Shown in pieces: positions 52,513 to 64,000 of a stretch of 64,000 bases of DNA. How positions within the stretch are numbered: position 1 is the first letter of the stretch; every line of letters begins with the position of its first letter. The notes beneath the pieces were generated by a model. That model saw nothing but the letters and a program-made list of their open reading frames with translations. It was not told the DNA's origin and made no database searches. The stretch is taken from NCBI RefSeq assembly GCF_018350175.1, contig NC_058368.1, forward strand, positions 18,044,001-18,108,000, written 5' to 3'. A program made the translations under genes and the position numbers. This DNA comes from Felis catus (Eukaryota).

Positions 52513-54600
52513 TGAGATTATATTATTATTTTTAAAGGAAGCTCAAAAATATTTGCATATGTGATAGGTTAACACTTATATGAGATATGTGGGTTTGGTC
52601 TTATGTAAAATGTACTTTAATTTTACAGTCAGTGACAGAAAGCTGACCTGGGATAAAAATCAACTTGATCCATTGTGACATCATTGGTTTTGGTATTATG
52701 ATAAAAGAAAAATCAAAATTCTTTCATTTATGATCCCTAAATACATTATCATCTTTTCTTTTTCGTTTTCCAAGACTTAAGCTGTTAATACCTTCTCTCC
52801 CGTGATGCATTTGATTGCACTCTTAACTGTGGTTCTGTAATAAAGCTCAATTTTAGTGATCACAGAGCCTGACTGTTGAAATAGCTATTTTTAGAAATGC
52901 TGGGTTTATGGTAATGATGAAAGTTGTGTCATGTTGTTATGGCAACCAAAAATCCTAAAGTACTGATTAATGACAAGCTCACTGATTCTGGAAGTATGCA
53001 GTTCATTTCTTATCATGGCTAAAGGCTTTAAATAATTATTTTAAATGTTTTGTGAATCTGTTTTAAAATGGGTGGCATCTCCATTTAATTATATATTAGT
53101 CTTTATTAGTACTTCTGACATTTATAATAAATTGTTTGGCATTGTAACATTTATAACTGGACACATTGAATTTCTTAATGCATGGTATTCTGATGCCTAA
53201 GAAAAATACTGCTTTTCCCTCCAGTTTTATAATATCCTCATCTCCTTCCATTTTTTTTCCCAGTAGTTAACTGCATGGTTATTATCTTTGATGTATACAC
53301 TGGTATAGCAAACTACTTTCTAAATGTAAGAAAGATTTTTCAAAACTTGGAAATAGGGCAGATCAGGTCTGGGAGAGCAACGTGTCCTTTCAGGGTCACA
53401 CTGAAGCATTGTTACCAGGCCCTTCGAGAATTATTTAATTATTTAGGGGCATGTATCATAGTTTGATGCTCGGCTTACTGTTGATAATTAAAGGCCCCGT
53501 GCTTCTTCATGTCCTATGTATTTTTTTGCTCTGGGGGACATGAACCCATGTTTTATTCTAACCTTCCTTTTCAAATGCCTATAAATGACCAGTTCCTCAG
53601 AATGTTCTGTGAACCAGCTTTACCATCTCAGTAGTTCCTCATTAAGGAGTTATTAAGTCATTGGCATTCTTTCATTTTTTATCTGTGTGAGTCATGTTTT
53701 TAATTATTTGAAAGTTATAATTGCACTGTGAGGATTATTAAACTGTCCAAAGGCCAATAGGACACCACCTGATAAGTGGCCACCTATGAGATTTTCATGG
53801 TGGTAAAGAGACCAAGGCAGTTAACGGTCTAACTTTATAGACGGTCATAGCCTGCATCCAAATATTTCTTTTTTCCCTTTCAACTGGCCCTTTTGCTTAT
53901 GTGAAAAGCAGGACTCGTCTTCAGATTTTTAACCTGTAGAAATAATTCTAAAGGTACTCTCCATTCACCACCTATGGTCTTGGCTGTGACTGATCAGAAT
54001 TCAGTGTGGCAGGCGATCTGAGGTGAATGCCCGTGCTCGCGCCAGTGCTCAGCATACACTACTGAAAACACATACTGCTTTTCTTCCTTCTTGTACGTGA
54101 GGCGATCAACAGATGAGCACGTTCCGAGTTTTCAGAAGCGTATGACTGAGATGATTTGTCAGTGATTTTGTATTTAGTTAGAGAATACCTGAAACTTCCA
54201 TTTTAAACGTTATTTGTCACTGTAATGATTCATCATTATTTGAGACTGTGTATTTTATAAATGATATTAGTGAATAATTTGGACCAAGACACCAGGCAGG
54301 CAAACAGATAGATATATACACAGATATACATATATACTTTTTAAGATAAAAGATACATAATAATTGCATAGTAATTAGCACTATAAATAAAGAGGAGGGG
54401 ATAGTAAAATGGCAAGACGGTAAACCCATGTTAGCACCTCAGATACCTCCCATTTTATGTACAGATAACTGATATGCTTATTATACATCAGTATTTAAGA
54501 AACCCAATTCCCCAAAATAACGTGGGGGGAGGAATGTATGTATGTATGCATATGTACGTATGTGTATAAATTAGATAGGCACATAGAGTTTTTATTTTTT

Positions 54601-54800
54601 GTTATTTTTTGTACATATTTATTGAGAGAGAGAGAGAACAAACACGAGTGGGGAAGGGGCAAAGAGAGAGGAGAGAATCCAAAGCAGGCTCCACACTCAG
54701 TGCAGAGCCCGATGCGGGGCTCGATTTCCCAAGCGTGAAATCATGACCTGAGCCAAAACGAAGAGCCAGACACTCGACCAGCTGAGCCACCCAGGCACCC
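54601..54800 (-). mobile_element. SINEC with TSD GAGTTTTTATTTTTT (54586-54600 / 54801-54815)
   Basis: Direct flanking repeat. Confidence 0.92.
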
Positions 54801-55837
54801 GAGTTTTTATTTTTTCACCAGCAGATCATTAAAATGCTCTTAATCCTCAATGGGATAATTTAAAAACTGAAAGTACCTTGTAAGTATCAAGTTCAATATT
54901 TTGCCTTACAGTGGTGAAATTAGTCCCAGAAAGGCTAAATTTCTTGTTCAAAGCAACAGTAATAAGTGGCAGAGCTTCGACTAGATTCAAGGTCTTCTGA
55001 CAATAATGTCCATCACTGTACTGTTTTCTCTCTACTGAGTATGATTCACTGGAAACAAAGCATTGAGTGTGAGTGTATGACTCTATATCCGGCTTTGGTA
55101 GTGATAGTGAACTCTTACATTTGTCCAGGAATGGGGAGTCGTTATCAGTCACAGTTCCCCGCTCTTTACAGTTTGGATTTGACTCAGATTCGCTCTGGAG
55201 AATCTCTCTTTCCATTGCATTTCTCTCCTATTGGCTAACAGTTCTTTCCCCTTCCCTTTATTCACCCCACTGCATGAAAGATTTCCTTTCTCCATGAGCT
55301 TTGGTATCTCTTATCTTGTTTAGCACAGCCGTATTCATTTTTTTAATCCCTTCCCTATCTTGGTAGCTTCCTAAACTGAGGAGCGGAATGAGAAACTGTA
55401 TTATACTATCAAACACCAACATTGAAAATAAATGATAAACTCTGGCTTGGTCTTATTGTCTTGATTTTATTTATTTGTGTCTTAGCAGTATTGCTTTATT
55501 CTGGTTTTCTCCATTGCAGATTTGTAATGATTTTTCTGCTGCATTGTGAGTTGTAGACATTTGTAAGCTAGTTTAGCTTATAAATAGAAGCATGCCCTGG
55601 GTTACAGCTAAACTTCAATAAATTTAAATTTTTTCATCCTTTGGACTTGAGATTAAAATTTAAAATGTATTACTTTATATTTTTCAACAACTCATTCTAC
55701 ATTTACCAGTTACTCTGGATTTTAAAAAATTATATTTAATATTCATTGTGCTGTATTCTGATTTTAAATTTCTTACGAGAGGGAATAGCCTTGTTTCTTT
55801 GTATTCTTTATGTGGTACAAATAACACACTATGTACA

Positions 55838-55918
55838 GACTGAGTATAGATTTTAGAGTATGAGGTATAAGTAATGGGGACTGAGTATAGATTTTAGAAT
55901 ATGAGGTGTAAGTAATGG
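55838..55918. repeat. 41-bp tandem duplication, two copies, two internal mismatches
   Basis: gactgagtatagattttaga(g/a)tatgaggt(a/g)taagtaatgg starting at 55838 and 55879. Confidence 0.92.
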
Positions 55919-56063
55919 ATGCTTTATACACCCCCCAAAAATCTGTCTTGCTGCTTTGAGTAAAGAACAAAAAACACTATATCAGTAATCTATTTTTGAC
56001 ATGTTGCAAAATGGGCATCAAATGTGTATCATATTTAACAAATTTTTTAAATGCCAGTTGATA

Positions 56064-56270
56064 GGTACGTCTGGGTGGCTCAGTCAGTTAAGCGTCTGAC
56101 TTCACTCAGGTCATGATCTCACAGTTAGTGAGTTCAAGCCTTGCGTCAGGCCCTGTGCTGACAGCTCGGAGCCTGGAGCCTGCTTTGGATTCTGTGTCTC
56201 CCTCTCTCTCTGCCCCTCCCCAACTCGTGCTCTGTGTCTCTCTCTCAAAAATAAATAAATGTTAAAAAAA
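56064..56270 (+). mobile_element. SINEC
   Basis: Flanked by aaatgccag on both sides. Confidence 0.9.
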
Positions 56271-57185
56271 AATGCCAGGTTATAGTATTTTTAATCTATT
56301 TCATTTATGGAAAATAGTTTTGCATCATATCTATGCAATTGTTAAGTTCAGTTAATTATAGGAATGATCACTAAGATCAAAAATATCTGGAAGGCTCATC
56401 TGGTCAAGTAGATTTCCAAACCAGTTTTTACCATCCTCCCTTCCAATGAAAAGGTAGCATAGCCAGAAGCATCACTCCACTCTGCTCAGAGAATTTACTC
56501 CGCGTAACTTTCTTCTACCCACTCTTATTATGTAAGCTTTAGCAATTTTAGGGAAATGACAAGTTGTTTCACCCCACCAAGAGTCTGAGACCCCATCGGA
56601 ACAGGGTGCTGATGATCCAGACCTCAGGATTAGAGTTGTGCTACGGAAGGTATTCTAAAGGGTTTTAAATGGCCGAGTGAGGGATTTTGACTTCTCTGGC
56701 ACCAGAAGAAGCCATTGACGCTCCTTGAAGGAAGGCCCCGGGTGGGGGAGGGACAGGATAGAAGGTACGCTTGAGAAAGATTAATCTGGCAGTAGTGCTT
56801 ACCGTAGATTGAAGGTGGAAGAGACTCAAGAGGGGAAGACCAGATAGGAGTTTTTTCTGTACTCCGTACAAGAGTTCATTAGGGTCTGAATGGAGGTGAC
56901 GAAACGTGGCCGTGCCACTGACAGAAAGAAGAAACAACTAGAAAAGAAGGTTTGGGAGTAAAGCTTGAAAGACATCTTTAAATTGAGTTGTGAAAATCAG
57001 AAAAAAAGTCCTGTTTTTATCACTAGATACAGTGATACAGGAATAGAAGTAGCTGAGGCTGGTATGAAGTAAATGTCGTGAAAACGCAGAGAGAGCTGAT
57101 GCAGATTTAATGAACCCAGTGCTGTTTTTTTCTGGCCAGATTTTTAAAAAATTTGCTTCAGTTCATTTACATCCTTTTATTCTTT

Positions 57186-57402
57186 GAGGCACCTGGGTGG
57201 CTCAGTCAGTTGAGTGTCTAACTTTGGCTCAGGTCATAGACTTGAGGTTGGTGAGTTCAAGCCCCGTGTCGGGCTCTGTGCTGACAGCTCGGAGCCTGGA
57301 GCCTGCTTCGGATTCTGTGTCTCCCTCTCTCTCTCCCTTCCCCTGCTTGCACTCTGTCTCTCTCTCTCTCTCAAAAATAGTAAACATTAAAAAAATAAAA
57401 AA
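57186..57402 (+). mobile_element. SINEC
   Basis: ggcacctgggtggctcagtc head. Confidence 0.9.
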
Positions 57403-57517
57403 ATGCTTTCTAATCCACTTGGAGTTAGTATATATTTACTGAAAGAGATTTTTTAAAAATTTATTTGGACATTTAAAGATCTATACGTTATTTTTATTAA
57501 AACAAATGTAAATAAAA

Positions 57518-57730
57518 GGGGTGCCTGGGTGGTTCAGTCAGTTAAGCATCTGACTTTGGCTCAGGCCATGATCTCATAGTCCGTGAGTTCAAGCCCCGCA
57601 TCAGGCCGTGGGCTGACAGCTCAGAGCCTGGAGCCTTCTTCCGATTCTGTGTCTCCCTCTCTCTCTGTTCCTCCCATGCTCGCACTCTGTCTCTTGTTCT
57701 CTCTCTCAAAACAAATAAGGATTAAAACAA
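57518..57730 (+). mobile_element. SINEC
   Basis: ggggtgcctgggtggttcagtc head. Confidence 0.9.
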
Positions 57731-57877
57731 ATTTTTTTTAAAGGTTTTATTCTTTTATATGCTTATGTAGAGATGACCTTTGTGGAAAATGCTGTTACCT
57801 ATTGTAGGCAAGTGTCACATTATTTTACCCGGCAATATAAGTGAAATCTAAAATGTGGTTACTAGTGTAGGAGCTAA

Positions 57878-57906
57878 ACAGTATATTTATAACAGTATAT
57901 ATAACA

Positions 57907-57958
<52 letters not shown>

Positions 57959-58027
57959 TATATACAGTGTATATATATACAGTATATATATATATACAGT
58001 ATATATATATGTGAAAGGACAGTATAT
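57878..58027. repeat. Compound (TA)n / ACAG(TA)n repeat
   Basis: Repeated acagtata units with variable (TA)n, the longest about 22 units. Confidence 0.9.
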
Positions 58028-58412
58028 TGTAAGTTATTCTGAGGTTTGAAGTATTGGCAAGTATGAATAATTATAAGCCTCTTTCTTCAAGGTTAATGTG
58101 TTATCAGTCACGTTTGCAAAATCAGCACATTGATGATAGGTCACAGTTTCCATTTCTTGTTTAGTAATCATAAAGATACAGCTGTGAACATAGTCCCTGC
58201 CCGTCTGCAACAATGAATAAATAACGAATATAAAATAGTGTGTTTTATTCCCAAACCAAAGTAAGTAACTTGTGTGGTTGTACAATAATTTCTTTGTAGT
58301 ATGTATGTGATAATTACGAAAGTGAAATGCATTGGTTCAAATATGAAGCTTCTTACTATCCTTAGTATTTTACTTTCCGGTGTGTGTTCACATATTGTTT
58401 GCTTATCACTAG

Positions 58413-58560
58413 AGAGCAGATCATAAAACAATCTACAGAATTAGTCTGCAGAGCCTATGGGGAAGTGTATGCCGCTGTGATGAATCCAGTCAACGAATAC
58501 AAAGATCCGGAGAGCATTCTACACCGATCGCCACAGCAAGTGCAGACACTTCTCTCCTGA
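58413..58560 (+). CDS. COG6: COG6 terminal coding exon 19, (K)[48 protein letters not shown]
   Basis: tatcactag| acceptor; TGA at 58558-58560; C-terminus recognised as COG6. Confidence 0.96.
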
Positions 58561-59990
58561 TCCTCTTATTTGAATGTGTCAGCGAAATATCGCCTCCCCT
58601 AAAACTCGGAAGGTGTTCTTGTTCTTCAGTTGGTGCTCTTTGCTCTGAAATTTGACGGTTATGATTCTCTTTGTATCATTTCATTGTAGGTCTCGATAAT
58701 TTCTTTGGTCACAATAACAGGAAGTAATTTCATGCTGACCTGGGTTGTGTTGCTCTGTATCTGCGCCTTACATAGAGATGCTCTGTTCTCTGCAAGCCAC
58801 CTCCCCGGTTCGGCAGTTTTCGGGAATATACATGTATGGAAAAAAGAAGTATGAGAGGTTTGAGGGAGTTTTCTTTACGACATCAGTTCCAAATTAATCA
58901 TACATAAGAAACTTGTTGAAACTGAAGAATGAGTTATGAAGATGTGACATAACGTCTCTTTACCTAAAGATTAATTTGGTTTCTTATTAGTTACTAATGT
59001 GAGTGGATATATTTAAACTGAGGAGCAGAAATATACACGTAGCAAAAAGTGGGAAAAGAGAGAGAAGTAATTTAAACAGGGTGGATTTCTCTCTGTGCGC
59101 GCCCTGGACTGAACTCACGGTGAAGTTCAGCACTTCGAAAGGACGTTAGGAATATAGGCATCCTATATGCCTATAAGTCTAGTGTTTAACGATAGATACT
59201 TCTTACATAATATGAGCTCTAAACCCAGCCAACTACAAATTTTATCTCTTGTTCAAACCAAAGAAATAATGACCTGCTCTAACGCAGGCGGGAAAATTCT
59301 GAGTAGCAATTGTTCATTGACGGTGTATCTGTCCCCCTGGTGACGGCTCACAGAGAATGATTGGAGCTCTGAATTTAGAACTTTACTTATGAGTAAGATT
59401 CAGAATCACCTTCTTTTTCAAAAAAATAAATCTCAGTACTTTGTTGATAAGATTTCAAAGACAATTCTTCTTAGCAAAATATCTTAATTTCTGGCAAATC
59501 TATAAAAAGAGGTTAGTCCCTAAATTACAAGCAAGAAAACTGAGGCATAAGGAAAAAATGGACAAAGTTAAAATATTTTGCAAAGTAGTAAGATAAAACT
59601 AATGTTTATATGATATGCAATGTATAATGTGTTAGTATTTACAGAACGTGGCCTGTTCACCTGTCTGAAATTTATAATTGTTTATATTAATATGATTATT
59701 TTGGAGGCAGAGCAGTTACTTACCTCTTTTGGTATGAATCTGAGCTTTCACAGTCTTTTTCCTTCAATGAGTATGTGTGATACAGAAAAGATAAAAAAAT
59801 AAAGTATGATATAAATCAAGAGCTTAAATTTTATATAATTTATTTCCACTGTGAAGAAAAGATTGCTACCTTGCCATCAGTGAATTCCTTTGTTTTCTGG
59901 GAAAAAGGTGTATTTGTCTTTTTACATGGTTTTCTCAACATATTAAAACTATTTCTAGAACAGTGATAATTGCAGTATTTTTATATATCT
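58561..59990 (+). other. COG6: Probable COG6 3'UTR; candidate poly(A) signals AATAAA 59425-59430, AATAAA 59798-59803, ATTAAA 59942-59947
   Basis: No recognisable repeats after the stop codon; true cleavage site cannot be fixed from sequence alone. Confidence 0.5.
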
Positions 59991-60249
59991 CATCATTGTG
60001 TTTCCAGAAAACGTACAAATAGAAAGGGAGGTACAGGGTAGGGCGAAGTTGAGATAAGCAGTGGAAGATGGGTGAGCAGAAGGTACTATCAATATAACCT
60101 TGAGCACGAAGTTAAAACAAAAGACTGTACGTGCTAATCCATGAACATAACGCTTGTATTTGCCATAGACTTCATAGTTTGCAATTTAAACTGTTTTGAT
60201 GTGGCTTAAGTATAACCTTAGTCAATACGTGTCAGCCTTTTCTTCAGAG

Positions 60250-61250
60250 AAAAGTATTTGCCTGGCAAAAACCTTCTCTTATTGAAGGTTTCTCTTCGGT
60301 TTCTTTCTCTGCACCTGAACTTGAACAAGTGAACGTTGCCTGAGAAAAGTCACATAAATGGACTGATTGACTTTTTAAATTCATGTTCACAGTCTTCAAA
60401 TGGCACTCAGTATTGCCTTGTAGTTCTACCTCCCGTCTCTTGGCTAAACTCATCTCTCTGCTTTTCAAGATGACTTTCCACCCCACTCTTAGGTAAAGAC
60501 CTTCGTAGTTCATAGAGAAAATAGAAGCTGTTAGATTAAGCTCCCCTGTTTTCCTACCTTCGAATCTGGCGCTCGCCTTCTCCGCCTTTCCTCCTCCTGC
60601 CTTGGAGAAACTGCCCCTTGTCCTGTCATAGGCTGTTCCCTTCCTTCGCACTCTGGATCCTTTCTTTTCACCTTTTCAGACGCTTTTATCTCTGAGTTAT
60701 CCCTTCATTTTGCTCCCGCAGCTCCGTGGCCTGTCCCGAGAATTATCCTCAGTAGCATATACAGCGCTCTAGTGTTGATAATACTTTTAAAGCAAACAAA
60801 CAACTCTGCACCTTGCAGATCCCAACACCGTCATCTCTCAGCTTCTTTTAGTGGTTGTTGACACCTGCTGTCTTCCACTTCCCCTGCCATTGTGTCTTTA
60901 AAGTATCCCGGTGAGGCTTCAGCCTCTCACCGCACAGCACAACTAAACCTGATGAGATCCTCCTACTGTTATATATTGTCAAATCCGATGGATTCTTCAC
61001 TATCCTTATTTGAAATACTGTTGTTGTTGTTGTTGTTGTTTTCCAGGCTTTTGTGGCACCACTTTCTACTAGTTTTCCTTCTATTTCTCAGGCCAAACCC
61101 TTTTTTGACTTCCTTCCCTGGTTCTTTTGCCTCTTTACAACTTTTAAAAGTTGACATACTTTAGGGCTTGATCCTGGAATGTCTTTTTTCCTCCCCTTAG
61201 GAGTTATTACCTCAGCATAGCCTAGCCTTTCCTGACTGCTGTTAGCTCAG
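60250..61250 (+). mobile_element. LINE-2 relic
   Basis: Pyrimidine-rich; catagagaaaatagaagc; gtcaaatccgatggattcttc. Confidence 0.5.
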
Positions 61251-61594
61251 GTGTCCTTAGATATATCCATATAATGGAATATTCTACAGTATTGAAAAAT
61301 GAGTTATTTTCAAATAATATTTAAGAAAAAACTATAGAAGAGTATGAGTCCATTTATAGAATTTTTTTTGTAAAAGGTAAAACAAAATTGTACATTATTG
61401 TACACCAGTTGTATATCGGTGCACATGTGATAGAGCTATGAGGAGAATATAGGAAATGATTAGCATGGAATTCAAGACGATCTCTGAGGAGGGAGGCACC
61501 AGATCTGTCAAAGTTATTAATGCTCTCTTACACTGGGTTGTTGGTACCTGAGTGTTCATTTAAATCTCTAAAATTTGCATATATGTTACCTTAA

Positions 61595-61788
61595 TTTTTT
61601 TTTTTTTTTTAAGAGAAAGAGTGCATGCAAGCAGGGGCAGGGGCAGAGGGAGAGAATGAGAGACTCTTAAGCAGACTCCATACTCAGTGTGGAACCCGGT
61701 GCAGGGCTCGATCCCATGACCCTGGGATCATGACCTGAGTCCAAATCAAGAGTCAGACGCTCAACCAACTGAACCACCCAGGCGCCCC
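61595..61788 (-). mobile_element. SINEC (older subfamily)
   Basis: ...ccacccaggcgcccc; poly(T). Confidence 0.9.
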
Positions 61789-62199
61789 ACATGAGCTCTT
61801 ATCTGTATATTTTACAATTTAAAAATATTTCTAAAAATTTGCTGAGCTCATGACCTGGGGTAAGAGTTAGAATTCAATATATGTTAACTAGTTGTTTTTT
61901 TTTTTGTTATTAAACAAATTTAGTAAGTAGCTACCAACACCAGGCTCTGTAATAAACAGGATTTTAAAAGTTTGCTGAAATCTGCATCCATCATTGCATC
62001 CCTGTCTTGCACAAAAATGGTCACATGTATTCTAAGTAAACATAATGCAATTTCATTGAGGGTTTTTAAATGTAGGTGAGAGGCAAAAAATGAAACTAAC
62101 ACCATCCTCTGTAACAGCCAGATGTATGTACTTGATATTTAAGAGGCTGATAGCACAGAAAAGAAGGTTTTAAAGCACAACTATACATTTCTCATTCTG

Positions 62200-63860
62200 A
62201 GATGAACATACTGACTAGGTTACATTAATTAGCTAGTTAAGATGTAAAACTGTATTAAGGAATCCCAAAATTCTGACTCTCCGTAAAAGCAACAATAAAA
62301 CTGGCCCCCAAGAACCACCGAAAACAACTTTTTTTAGAACTCTAGAAACTAGCTCACAGCAAGTCAGGTTATACTTAAAAACAAAAGCTGAGTCTTGATA
62401 ACAGCATGCTTTGTGGAATTTTAAGCTAGCCCTGTGCCTTGTTCCCAAGCTTAGCAGTAGCCTTTTGCAAAGAATGTTTTTATTTTATCTGTCTCATGCC
62501 TACCCAGAAGATTCCTGTTCTAAAAGCTTATATTTATCTCATCTAACTTGGAACATTTCCAATGCTAAAGTCACCACCCCAGGATAGGGGGAGAGTTAGG
62601 GGGCGTACATTTCTCTTCTGCCTGAAGCAATAGGATGAACAATAGACTAAGCAAAAAGCTTAGGAAGGGAGGTTAGCAGTGAGATCTCCGTAAAGGCATG
62701 GAAAAACCCAGACATATCCTTGGAAATCTAGAAAGCTATGTATGTGTTGTTTAGGACTGCATGCCCAGAAAAGACCAGAGAGACCCTAAGCTGTCACCTC
62801 TGGTTGCATCTTGAAGGCATGCCCCAACACTCATCACAGCACACCCCAGTCAAGACTGGAAGGTTGTTTTGGTTCCAGACACGTAAGGAAATCTCTGTCC
62901 AGTTGTTAGCAGACTGCTAAGCTAATGGACCACTTTAAGTGGTCACACACAACAGAGCAATTGTCAACGTTACAGGATTCATTTAGCAAAATCACACACA
63001 ACAACAGCTACAAAAAGCACCGACCACAGCGAACTCTGAGGTGCAGGGCAGGAGAATCCAATTTCAGCAGAATGTGTGCATTGTAATGTTCCAAATGCCC
63101 ACTTTTCAAGAAAAATTGTTTACAAGATACCTAAAGGACAGCCAGAACACGGGGAGGGTGGGGGGGAGCACTCAGTAGAAACTATCTCTGAAGAAGCCCA
63201 GATGTTGGACTTAGTAGACAAAGACTTTAAATCGGCAATTTTAGATGTGTTCAGGGACTGAAGGAAGGTATGAGGACAATGCCTCCTCAAACAGAGACTA
63301 TCAATAAAGAGCTAGAAATTGGAAAAGATGTTTTCATAAAGTTATAAACTTATCAAAATTATAATTTAAACTCATAATTTTATAAAAAGTATAAATATCT
63401 CGTCTGGGGTTGAAAATTATAATTGAAATTTAAAAATCCACTATAGGAGTTGAACAGCTGTGAACAGTCAGTAAAAAGAATCAGCAAAGTTGAAGTTAGA
63501 TCAGTAGAGATTATGCAATCTGAGGAACAGAAAGAAAAAAGAATAGAAGAAAGTGAACAGGGCCTCAGAGACCTGTGAGATGTTATCAACAATATTCACA
63601 CAATGGGTGTCTTGGAAGGAAAAGAAAGGGGAAAGGGGACAAAAAAATATTTGGAAGAAATATTTTTTTCAGAAAGTGTACAAGTTTGTTGAAAATTTAA
63701 TAACACACATTTAAGAAGTTTACCAAGCCCAGATAAAGGTACACACTGAGACACATCACGATTAAATTATCAAAAGCCAAAAACTCAGAGGGGACTTTGA
63801 AAGCAAAAAGAAAGATAACTCATCATATACATGTGATTTACAATAAGATTATCACGATGC
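62200..63860 (+). mobile_element. Old L1 5'UTR/ORF1 fragment downstream of COG6
   Basis: gaagcccagatgttggacttagtagacaaagactttaaat; gaaaagtgaacagggcctcagagacctgtgaga. Confidence 0.75.
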
Positions 63861-63863
63861 TTT

Positions 63864-64000
63864 GAGGCACCTGGGTGGCTCAGTCAGTTGAGCATCCATC
63901 CGACTCTTGATTTTGGCTCAGGTCATGATGCCACCAGGGTCATGGGATCCAGCCCCGTGTCGGGCTCTGTGCTGAGTGTGGAGCCTGCTTGGGGTCTCTT
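63864..64000 (+). mobile_element. SINEC, cut by window end
   Basis: ggcacctgggtggctcagtcag head. Confidence 0.9.

Noticed and set aside
4773..57442. Recurrent short ORFs such as MAQSVKRLT...[13 protein letters not shown]
   Set aside because: Translations of SINEC copies, not a protein family.
58411..58419. Tandem AGs at the exon 19 acceptor
   Set aside because: The alternatives (+2, +4, +7) all shift frame; only the first AG gives the COG6 C-terminus.
1218..64000. tRNA-like A/B boxes
   Set aside because: These are tRNA-derived SINE heads; no complete tRNA gene seen.

Overview
Mammalian nuclear DNA, almost certainly felid (dense SINEC_Fc/Can-SINE copies and feline-type L1). The + strand carries the 3' half of COG6 (conserved oligomeric Golgi complex subunit 6): nine coding exons (11-19 by recalled human numbering; 965 nt) with GT-AG junctions that splice into one uninterrupted frame ending ...QVQTLLS* at 58560, then a 3'UTR. 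The introns are mostly retroelements. Most notable: (1) a full-length ~5.94 kb L1 with intact ORF1 and ORF2, a CpG-rich 5'UTR and a perfect 17-bp TSD, in sense orientation in the last intron and nested in an ancient L1; its 5'UTR holds a 73-codon ATG-initiated antisense ORF positioned like primate ORF0; (2) a ~1.5 kb inversion in intron 13, revealed by a SINE whose 19-bp TSD copies are now inverted, beside a twin-primed L1 that lost its 3' end; (3) smaller rearrangement scars, a very young SINE with a possible splice acceptor, and an unidentified coding-like antisense relic in intron 11. I found no evidence of a wholly new biological system. Repeat subfamily names are from pattern recognition only, and boundaries of old repeats are approximate.
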